Assembly: GCA_964019335.1 (NCBI GenBank)
Contig: OZ025752.1
Span: 186,001-250,000, forward strand
Length of the DNA stretch: 64,000 nt
Direction: 5' to 3'
From: Diplonema japonicum
Lineage: Eukaryota; Protista; Euglenozoa: Diplonemea
Position 1 is the stretch's first letter, and every line of letters starts with the position of its first letter. Below are positions 38,134-47,365 of the stretch, one piece after another. A program made the translations under genes and the position numbers. The notes beneath the pieces were generated by a model that was not told where the DNA came from, did not search any database, and worked only from the letters and a program-made list of their open reading frames with translations.

Positions 38134-40328
38134 GCCGAAAAGAAAATGTTAATTTCAACTCCCCCCCCCCCTTTTTTTTCTTCCAGGGCGTGCGGCTCCA
38201 CGTACAGAAAGTGCTTCAGGAAGCTTATCAAGAGCAGCGTGGGACAACTCTCAGCGTCGTGCAACGGTGAGGCAGACCCTGCGGCGTGCGTGACCGCTGT
38301 ACAGGTTGCAGGGGAAGTGGTGGACCTGCGTGTGCGAGACCTGTGCGCGCTGAACGCGAAGCAGGGCTCCTGTGCGCAGTACACGGAAGAGTTCATCAAC
38401 GCACCACACTTTTCTGCATCACAAGTACGCCAGTGCGCGAAGGACTTCGAGGCCTCAGGGACGTGCACCACCGCATGCACAGGGCTCCTGGAGAACTACT
38501 TCAAAGACGCAGAGTGTTGCTTGGGGACGTTGAACTCGCAGCTCATCGAGCGGGCAGCACTCGGCGACACGACACTGGGCCAGGGGCTGGCACAGGGGCT
38601 GTCCGACCTGTTCAACGGGTGCGGGATGGCGGACCCGGTCAACACAACGAAGTGTGCGCTGCGAACAGGTACCCGCAAGCAGAAGCTGTCTGTTCAGATG
38701 AAGTTCCCATGCTCGTCGCTGAGCACAGCGCTGCAGGCCTCGATGAGCGCATCCTTCGCGAAGGATCTCGCGGACCTGTTGGGGATGCCGGCTGCGTTCT
38801 TCGAGGGGATCGACGTGGCGTGCGACAGCTCCGTGCAGATCCAGACGGTGTCGGGGCGTGGGGCGAAGACGCTGGGACTGGCGAGCGGTGTGACGGGGTC
38901 CTCGACACTGCAGGGGGAGGACGACACCTCGACAGCTGACTCCACAGCTTCCTACGCCAAGGCAGCGGGGTCCGGGAACATGGCGCTGGGGTCGACTGGG
39001 AAGACGGTCGCAGACAGCACTGGGTCCTCTCTTCAGGTGGATACGAACGCTGTGAAGCAGAGCAGCCCCACGGCTGCTGGTATCGACGTGTCGAGTGTGA
39101 CCAGCGCCACCCCGCAACCTATTACAATCAGCCCGGCACCAGCGACACCTGCTCCTGACACGAACGCACCAGACACCCCGACACCCTTCAAGTACCCTGT
39201 CAGCACCCCTCTTCCTACGAGGCAGCTCGGTTCCGCACCGACACACTCCCCCCCCACCAGCGTGGCTGCCCTCCTCTTCGCGATGATTGCTTTTGTCTTC
39301 TTCTGCGTTGTGTGAGGGTAGAGGATATGGGGGGGGGGGGGGGGGGGGGGGGAGTGTTGTATTAACTGCGAGTCAAAAAAAAAAAGAAAAGAAAAAAAAA
39401 AGATTTTTTTTATTTTGTTTTTCCCGCAGTTTTTTGCTTTAATATGTAACTACTGCCTTCTCATTTTCATTTTTTTTCTTTTTTTTTTTTCTTTTTTTTT
39501 CTCCTCTATTTTTTTTTTTTTTTTTTTTTTTTTCATTATTATTTATTTTCAACTTAAAACAAACCGGTGTCTGGGGGGTAGGGGGAATTCGTTAAAAAAG
39601 AACTTGTTTTATTGGCTTCTGTTTTAAATTTGTTTGATACGCCCCTGCCCCATTTTTTTTTATTTACACGCTGGACAACGAGGGCTAAAGGCCCCTTCCC
39701 CCCCCCCCCCCCCCCCCCGTCCTATTTAAGATCGTCCCAGTCCTGTCGGCTTTTATTATGAAGAAAAGGAACTGTTTCGGCTTTTTTTTTTTTTTTTTTT
39801 TTACAAACATTGATTTCCTACTATTATTCACTTCTCACATAAAGGAGTCTTTTTTTTTTTTTTTACCAAGGGGGCTGCGTCCCCTACCAAGGGGTTCCAA
39901 CCTCTTTTAACAATTCCCCCTCTCCCCCCCCCCCCCCCCACTCCTATTTCCTCCCACTATTTTTATTCTTATTTTCCTACGTGCGAAGGGAAGAGCAAAA
40001 GAAGAGCATAACTTGAAGGGGGGGTGGGAGGAGAGGCAAGCCTCTTGCTCTGCTCCCCCCCCTTTTTTTTTGTCTTTCCTTTTTTGTTTCTTCCCTTCGT
40101 TACTCCGTGGCGACACAATTTTTTTTTTTTTTTTTTTTTCCCTTTCTTTCTTTCGCACCTACTATTATATTGACAGTGCCCAGCTTTGAAAAAACAAATT
40201 CTCTTGTCACACGACTCTTTTGTCGTCCATCTATCTGTGAGCCTGCTACAAGCACGGACACGTCAGAATCGTGTTTTTTTTTTTCCCTTCTTCTTCCTAC
40301 TCATTTTTCCTCTCTATTTTATTTTTGT
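28943..40328 (+). repeat. Segmental tandem duplication, unit 2
   Basis: Homologous to 15893-27303. Confidence 0.95.
29063..39315 (+). CDS. Giant cysteine-rich secreted/GPI-anchored protein, copy 2; 10 exons
   Basis: All ORF translations are identical to copy 1. Introns 31494-31563, 32158-32197, 32771-32817, 32956-32998, 33776-33822, 34393-34463, 34656-34707, 37881-37966, 38101-38186. Confidence 0.8.
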
Positions 40329-40664
40329 AGTAACAACAGGTCAAAAGAACATGGACTTTTGGTCTTTTTTTTTTTTTTTTTTGTATTTTTTTTTTTTCCA
40401 GTTTCCCTCCGTTTTTTATTTACGCTCTATATTCGCTAAGTGACCCACCAGAACCCGCATTTTGAAGAGCTAAAAAAATTTCTAATTGCTTTTTCTAGGG
40501 CTGGAATGGATTTATTTGCGTCCGGGGCCCAATGTTCGACATATGGAATTTTTTTTTGTAATAAAAAATTTTTTGGTGATTTGCCTTACTTTGTACTATA
40601 CAAAATGAAGCAGCTCCGGCGGAAAAAACACGGCACAAGTGGGGTTCGAACCCTGATGAAAAAA

Positions 40665-40747
40665 CCACTGCGTCGGGATTCGAACCCGCGACTCCTGGAA
40701 CAAGGGGGCCTGACAGGTGAGCACGGTAACCACTCTACCACACAGGA
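40665..40747 (-). pseudogene. Degenerate tRNA-Asp(GTC)-like Pol III unit
   Basis: A box TGGTAGAGTGG, CTGTCA loop, B box GGTTCGAATCCC, partial acceptor stem and an immediate T6. D and anticodon stems pair poorly. Confidence 0.6.
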
Positions 40748-40874
40748 ATTCAAAACTCTGACCCCCCATCTTTACTCAGGCATCCGGCATAGTGGGTGGA
40801 GTAGGTTCCCTTCTTTCCACACCAGATATCCTCTGCGATACACACTCACGACGCGTCTCAGCCCATCAACACTG

Positions 40875-42130
40875 TGATGAAATAAACACAGAATAAGAGA
40901 TGAGATAAAGGAGGTTCCTGTTCTGGAACGTCCTTGTCTACTTATCTCTACTTATCTACCTCTTTCCCTGTTCTCGAAGTCTAGTACGAGTTCCATTGTG
41001 GTGACTCGTCTTCCTCGGTCCGTCGTACTACTTCAGCTTCCTGAGCTACTTGATAATGTCTTCTCCGTGCTTCATCATCAGGCTCCCGCTCACGTGCTTC
41101 TTCAGCTCCTACCACTCAGGTGGTGTGCATGAGCGTTTCCTTCCGTTATCTGTTCCAGGGGTGCGTCGTGTACGTTTCTAGCATTCTCTTGTCCTGGAGA
41201 AACTGGTCTCGCTTTGCCACCACTTCCAGCAGGTAGTACTGCGTCTTCCTCAGCCGGTGTTGGTGTGATCGGTGACCAACACAGAATAATGATGAAAAGA
41301 AACTAGTACACTGAAGAGTAGGGGTCACCAGAAAAATCTGTTGTTTCTTCAGACGCTTGATCCACCCGAAGTAGAACAGCAGGAAGGGAGGAGGAGGAAG
41401 GGGGGGGGGGGGGGGGGGAGGTACTGATGTCTTCTTCTTTACTTTCTGTTGTCGCTACTGTCTTTGCTGCTGCTACTGCTGCTGTTACTGTTGTTGCTGC
41501 TGCGTTGGGGAGGTTGTCCATGTCCTCTGTTGTGCCTCGGGTGGCCCTCCCCTGCTTCCGCGGTCTTGTGCTTCTTGTACAAGATGAGGCTATGGCACTT
41601 CCACCCCGTCTGCTCTGAGATTTCACTTCTTGCCCTCTTTTGTGTAGTGGACCCGGTAGTGGAGCTCCTTGTGGCTGTACTCCGCTATCGCGATCCTGTC
41701 CATCTGGAGTCCTCGTTGTCTGAGGCTCTCTGCTGGCTGAAAGGGCTTGCTTGGTCTTTCCCTTCGAGTTGCCCGTGTGCTCTCAGGAGTAGGAAGTATT
41801 CTCCGGTCGTCGTCACTGCTTGTTTCATAGTCTCCGTTCCGTTCAGGCTGGTCATCAAACCAGGGCACGCGGGTCAAGGATCTTCCAACGCAAACGTGAC
41901 CGGTGATCGGTGTAATTCCCACATAAGTACCTTCCAAGCAGAAATAACTTCTGCCCCAAAGGCAACGTCACTTTCAAATGACTATGCCATTCCATTTGGA
42001 CTGTACGTTGCCCTGTGGTGGACGGCGTAGACGCGCATCTGTCTCTTCAACTATAAACTCCCCTACGGAACCCTCTTTGACCTTCTCGTCATCTCCACCC
42101 GTTTGTATTTGGTGATTACGGCCGAAGTGC
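40875..42130 (-). mobile_element. Decayed LTR-retrotransposon (Ty1/copia-like) fragment with putative 3' LTR (40875-41080)
   Basis: TGATGA...TCATCA ends and an adjacent purine-rich tract on the minus strand. Integrase-like remnants in correct order: GEF, HHRATYSPNGMA*, FGAEV, EGTYVG, TRVPWFDD. Confidence 0.45.
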
Positions 42131-43054
42131 AGAGGACAGGACTGTTATGCTTACTGACTAACAACTAACAACCTTACAATGTTAAGAGCTGTCCTTCCCT
42201 CAAAACTGCACTTTTCTCAACTAGACTCCCACAAGCTTACGAAAAGCTTTCACGGAAATACCGGTTTAGGCTGCCGTTTCTCCCCTGTGGTGAGCCTAAA
42301 AAAAATCCGCTGGAGTGGGGTTTGAACCCGCTTCGCCTAGGTACAGGGCAAAGCCCCCCCCAAATAGACTACTATGCCTTCGAAAATATTTTCGGCTGAA
42401 CTACTGGTCAGGAAGATGCTGGCTTCTGGGATCGAACCCTGTTAACCATGTTTTTCAAAGGGAAAAGTGCCCAGTTGCAAAAGTTTGGCAAAAATGGCCA
42501 AAACTCAAAATGGCGACTTCCAAGGTCATTTTGGTTGGCCCCCAATATTTTTTTTTGGAAAATCTTTTTTGGAACTTCCTTGGAACTCACCGTTCTTTCA
42601 TGTTCGACATGGATTTTTTGAAAAAAAAAATTCAATGAACCTTTGGGCATTTTTGGCAATTTTTCCCCTATAGCCCCCTATAACCCCTTTGGGACATAGG
42701 GCGGGTCACTTAGCGAATATGGAGCGTTATTTATTTATTTATTTCCTCTCTTTCTTCCCTCCCATTTTATTTATTTTGTTTTCAAAGAAAAAAAAAAAAA
42801 AAAAAAAGAAAGAAAACGAAAAAAATAAATAATTTTTTTTTAACAAAAGCAAACCACATCCCTCCCCCCCATTCCGGCGGTCAAAAGCCATTTACACACC
42901 CATTTTTTTTATTTATTATTTTTTTTTTTTTTAAAAAAAACCCCTTCTCTCCACCCTCCCATTATTACTATTATTTTTAAAAAAAGATTTTTTTTTTTTT
43001 GCCTCTATCATTCAAACAACAAAAAAAAGTCCGTACACAAAAAAAAAAAAAAGA

Positions 43055-43789
43055 ATGGACACGTGGGAAGCCAATTCATCCATGTCCTCAATAACAAGCC
43101 TCAGAAGTATCAAAACGCCAGTACAACGCGACATAGGAGGAGAGGTGTTAAGAAAGGAAACAAGGCCCATAGGAAGAAGGCTCAGCGAGCTCGAAGACCG
43201 GGTCAAGGAAATGCAGACCGACGACGAATGGACAATGGGCAGGAGAGGCACCCTACCCTCGTGGGATTGCATAAAAAGCGTCGAGTCTACCGGGTGGGGG
43301 TCGTCGGCATCGTCTCTGGCTTCTGTCTCTAGACCCCCTTCCCCGTTTCCACCTCCTTCAGTTGTACTGAGACAAAGGTACATCGAGCCAGTTAAAGAAG
43401 TGTTGCCTGTCATAACCCCCATTGTTAAAAGCAAGCGTTCCAGCCCAGCCCGGCTTGTTTGCCTAGTACTGCTGTCTCTCCTCCTCGTTGTGTTCCTTGT
43501 CGCCACTAGGCCTGCGCCTGCTAATTTTGTAAAGTACCACTCGCACCAAACACGTGCAGCTCATGGATGGCTCATAGGGAGCAGTATTGCTGCCTGGCAG
43601 CGCACTTCAGGTAACCTTTCGCATCTCAACTGTGGTATCGTCGGTTTCGCGTGGATATCCAACACAACGCCACTTTATTTGGGTGTGTTGGGGACATGGG
43701 TGAAGCTGCCCCCCTTTTGGGTTCTTCTCGCTGCCGTGCCCTTGTTCGCCGCCGTGTGCATGCGGTTCACCGCGAAAGAGCGACAATAA
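43055..43789 (+). CDS. Hypothetical membrane protein (DUF4359-like C-terminal half, tentative)
   Basis: TM segment LVCLVLLSLLLVVFLVA followed by TRP..NF and YLGVLGTW, plus a second TM segment. Confidence 0.7.
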   Translation: MDTWEANSSMSSITSLRSIKTPVQRDIGGEVLRKETRPIGRRLSELEDRVKEMQTDDEWTMGRRGTLPSWDCIKSVESTGWGSSASSLASVSRPPSPFPPPSVVLRQRYIEPVKEVLPVITPIVKSKRSSPARLVCLVLLSLLLVVFLVATRPAPANFVKYHSHQTRAAHGWLIGSSIAAWQRTSGNLSHLNCGIVGFAWISNTTPLYLGVLGTWVKLPPFWVLLAAVPLFAAVCMRFTAKERQ

Positions 43790-44208
43790 GCAAATGATGT
43801 GAAGGGTAAATTGTACTTGTTTTTTAATGTAGAGAATTCTTTTTCTTCCCCCCCCCCCCACCCATAGGGCGGCCCTCTAGCGGGGGGCTTGTCCTGTACT
43901 TTGAGTTTTTCTTCCCCCCCCCCCCCCCCCCCTCGTGTATCGCTTTCTCTTCCACTCCCCCACTCCCATATTGTTGATAAATCCGAACCGTTTCTTTTTT
44001 TTAAATGCTTCTTTTTTTTTTTATATATTATTATTATTACACCGACAATTCTTTTTTTTTTTTTTTTTTTTTCCCACGTTGGTGGTGCCCAGGGGATACA
44101 ACGACATAAACGAAAGCCCGTAGTGGTAACACCGTTGGAGGTGCACTGGAACTCCAAAAAAGAAATCCGCATAGGGACCCAAAAAAAAAAAAAAAAAAAA
44201 AAAAAAAC

Positions 44209-45288
44209 ATGTCGATTCGGCGCAGTCTGTTAACGCTTGCAAAGAGCACCCCTAAGTGGGTGGAAAGGAAGGAGAGGGCACGCCACATCAAAGGAGGACA
44301 CACCAACGTCCGGCACGCGAAACGTGACGGCAGAATACAAGGGAGCACCGGGGCGATCGAACCGTCACGCGGGGTGAACGTTCGGGAAGGCACGGGACAG
44401 AAGTGGAAGTACGAAATGCCCCTTGCCAGCCCGGGCGGGAGGACAATCACCAGCGAAGTAAAAAGGCTGTGCCAATCAGAGCTCTTCAGATACATCTTAC
44501 TCACCCCTTGCGAGGAGGCCACTATACTCCCTGTCTGCGTGCTCAGCACAAGTTTCCCGAAGTTAGCATACGCCTATAAACGCGCACAGGTAGCAATGAA
44601 GTCAAAAACCTTCTCCTTCCTCCTCTTCAGATTCCCATCAGAACCAGACACCTTGTACTATGTGTGGTCGACAGCACCGGAAGGCGCGTATCAGCTTCTT
44701 GTAAAGAACTGCGCAGCAGGCTTGGAATTGAACTCATTGAACGTAGTGCACGGAAGCTATCCGACAAAGGGTGTTGTGGTGGACCTGTCGGAGCTCAACG
44801 AGGAAAGCCCGCAGTATACTCTTATAAACCGGTTCAGATGCCCGTCGCCCGGTCCGAAAAACTCTGTTTTGACGACTTTTATGGACAATTACAACCTGTC
44901 GCATGAGGGAGACAACAGTGAAACGCACACACCAGCTGCATGTTACTCCGGCGAGACATTCGGGTGGGGCGGAGATTCTCCAAACTACGTCCGACCCATA
45001 AAAGGCACAGAGGAAGAAGAAGATCTCCCACAGGTGAAGAGCTTAGGCTCGCATGTTTCACCCTTCCACCCTATGTGGTCCTACCGTTCTGATGATGCTG
45101 ACGAATCTGAGTATCCAGACCCTCATGATGCTGTGTTGGGACGGGCGAATATGCTGTATTATAAGAACCCCGAGAAAGCCCTGGAGGCCCACCAGGTAGA
45201 GATCCGCCGAGGCAGGGAAAAGATGGGAGCGTTCAGAAAACAGGTCAAATTAGGAACCACCGACGCTAGTAGTTTTGACTCTCTTTGA
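44209..45288 (+). CDS. Hypothetical protein, possible mitochondrial presequence
   Basis: 359-aa ORF after a poly(A) leader, starting MSIRRSLLTLAK. Confidence 0.75.
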   Translation: MSIRRSLLTLAKSTPKWVERKERARHIKGGHTNVRHAKRDGRIQGSTGAIEPSRGVNVREGTGQKWKYEMPLASPGGRTITSEVKRLCQSELFRYILLTPCEEATILPVCVLSTSFPKLAYAYKRAQVAMKSKTFSFLLFRFPSEPDTLYYVWSTAPEGAYQLLVKNCAAGLELNSLNVVHGSYPTKGVVVDLSELNEESPQYTLINRFRCPSPGPKNSVLTTFMDNYNLSHEGDNSETHTPAACYSGETFGWGGDSPNYVRPIKGTEEEEDLPQVKSLGSHVSPFHPMWSYRSDDADESEYPDPHDAVLGRANMLYYKNPEKALEAHQVEIRRGREKMGAFRKQVKLGTTDASSFDSL

Positions 45289-45354
45289 AGGGGAGGGGAA
45301 AAAAAAAAAAAAAAAAATGCTATCTTTATATATTTCCTCCAGGAGGGTGGGGGG

Positions 45355-45672
45355 ATGGAAAGCAATAAACATGAGATAGACCCTCTGTTCATGTCGTGTA
45401 TTAACTCTCCTGATGGAGAGAAGCAGGTTGAGGTGTGCCCTGTGGCCCCTTCTCAAAAGCGTTATCTCGTCCCCGCTGTTTTCATTCTGTTTTCCGCCTC
45501 TGTCGTGAGCCCTGCTCACAGGGACGCCGCTCTGGGACTGCTTCTACTTCTTTTCGCGTACCTCCTTGGGGAGCTCCTGCCTTACCCCACAACACCCCTC
45601 TTTTGGCACGGTCCTATTATAACCGCGTTGACGCTCTCCTCGTACCTCCTTTTAAACTCTGTAAAAAAGTGA
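45355..45672 (+). CDS. Small multi-pass membrane protein (105 aa)
   Basis: ATG follows a pyrimidine-AG site, three hydrophobic segments, and coding-like composition between homopolymer spacers. Confidence 0.55.
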   Translation: MESNKHEIDPLFMSCINSPDGEKQVEVCPVAPSQKRYLVPAVFILFSASVVSPAHRDAALGLLLLLFAYLLGELLPYPTTPLFWHGPIITALTLSSYLLLNSVKK

Positions 45673-45970
45673 ACATGAAAAGCTGTAAAATTGTAAAGAA
45701 AAAAAGGCCCCGTTTCCACCCCTGATAGAGATCAGGAGGAGTAGGTTCCTTGTTTTAATTTTTTTATTTTTATTTTTTTTTTTTTTTATATTGGGACGTT
45801 CCAAGAGTGTCTTTTTAATAGATGAAGGTATTCGTTTTTCCATTTTTTTTTTTTTTTTCGTTCTCCCCTCCCTTCCACAAAACGATGCTGTACACGTCTA
45901 TATCATAATTTATGCCTTTGTCTCTTTCCCTGCTTCAACAACAAAAAAAAAAGGGGGGGATAAATGGAAG

Positions 45971-47230
45971 ATGGCCAACAGGCTCAATAGATCCCCCTTA
46001 ACGCTCCCTGAGACAGATCCTATGGACATCGACAGTAGCGTCAGCGGCAAGGCACGATTGCTAAACCAAATAAGAGAGCTGCGGGTGCAGCAGGAGGCCA
46101 TGGCGGTTCAGCAGCACGATCATCTCTTATTGCTTCAGGGGCAGCTCTCTGAGAAGGCTGAAAGAGGGCTGGGTTCTGGAACAGGTTTGGGAAAGAGCAT
46201 AGCAGTCGGTGTGCATGACGTGGCAGTACCACCGCCGCCACCGCCACCTTCGCAGCCGGTTCTGCAGGACAACACCGGTGCTATGGATGAACTTGCAAAG
46301 CAAATCCAAGCATTGCAAACCCAACACGATCAGATGAGGGGTTTCCAAATGCAGACGCTGCAGGCGATTCAACAGCAATACCCGGCGCAGCAGCAGCAAC
46401 AACAACTGGTGCAGCCGCCACCCCCTGCACCCCCAACCCTCCCGCCACCCACCACAGCGCCTGTTTATTCGCCGTACTACACTGACCCTATGCAGCCCTC
46501 TGTACCGCCGCCTCGTTCTTCGGTCCGTGCGTCTCCCCCACGGAATCCACCTTCGTGGGCGGAACCCAGGTTTTACGAACGGCGTCCCAAGGAAGGGGTG
46601 TATTGCGGTCGTGGGGATTATTTAATGGAAGCGCTGGCGTTGCTTGAGGGTGAAAACGAGCCGCCACCGCCTGCTACGCCACCGCCGCTGCCGAGGCGGA
46701 GCAGAAGCAGGAGCAGAAGCAAATCCAAGAAACGCTCTGAACGACCGTACTCTGCCACGCCTCAGCGATATGAGGCACCACCCGCACCACATCATCGCAT
46801 GGCGGAGACGGAAGTGGCGGAGACAGAGATGCGAGCCAACGAACTAAGCTACATCACACCCCTTTCGGCAGGGGGGGATGGGTTGGAGTTGAGAATAGAT
46901 GACATCGAGCCAGCTCATGACCCGATAACAAGTGTGCCCAGCGTGCCTATACCATGGGAGGTGGAGGCAGAAGGCCCTTTGTCCGTACCCATGATAAGCA
47001 AAATAAAGGTGCAACAACATGGTCACCCCCCTGTACAGACTGCCCATGTCAGCCCTGCCCGTACCATTCCTCGGTACGCAACTGTCCCGTCCTATCACCC
47101 CAGTCCTGGGCCCACGCTTGGTTCTGACATTACCCGGGGGTCTAGACCCAAGCCCATCTCCACTGTGGACTACCACCGCAGGGCAGAGATCGCACGGGCG
47201 GCTCGAAAACATAAGCGGCACGGGCACTAG
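45971..47230 (+). CDS. Pro/Gln-rich hypothetical protein
   Basis: First in-frame ATG after the low-complexity leader is at 45971. Coiled-coil and Pro-rich segments. Confidence 0.7.
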   Translation: MANRLNRSPLTLPETDPMDIDSSVSGKARLLNQIRELRVQQEAMAVQQHDHLLLLQGQLSEKAERGLGSGTGLGKSIAVGVHDVAVPPPPPPPSQPVLQDNTGAMDELAKQIQALQTQHDQMRGFQMQTLQAIQQQYPAQQQQQQLVQPPPPAPPTLPPPTTAPVYSPYYTDPMQPSVPPPRSSVRASPPRNPPSWAEPRFYERRPKEGVYCGRGDYLMEALALLEGENEPPPPATPPPLPRRSRSRSRSKSKKRSERPYSATPQRYEAPPAPHHRMAETEVAETEMRANELSYITPLSAGGDGLELRIDDIEPAHDPITSVPSVPIPWEVEAEGPLSVPMISKIKVQQHGHPPVQTAHVSPARTIPRYATVPSYHPSPGPTLGSDITRGSRPKPISTVDYHRRAEIARAARKHKRHGH

Positions 47231-47365
47231 AGCTAGAGTTTTTGCGTCCTTCCCATGTATCTGTATCTGACCCTTTCCCTTTTCTTTTCTTTTTTTTTTT
47301 CTTCTTTTGTACATTTTTATGTGTTTTTTTTACTTCTTACCCTTTTTCTATACATTTACAGGATT

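Larger units (their letters stand above)
40423..42726. mobile_element. Non-autonomous TIR DNA transposon-like element, ~2.3 kb
   Basis: 24-bp TIRs CGCTCTATATTCGCTAAGTGACCC / GGGTCACTTAGCGAATATGGAGCG (1 mismatch), flanked by TTATTTA on both sides. Subterminal repeat ATGTTCGACAT at ~40533 and ~42600. No transposase seen. Confidence 0.8.

Noticed and set aside
40665-40747. Functional tRNA-Asp
   Set aside because: D and anticodon stems do not pair properly and it sits inside a TIR element.
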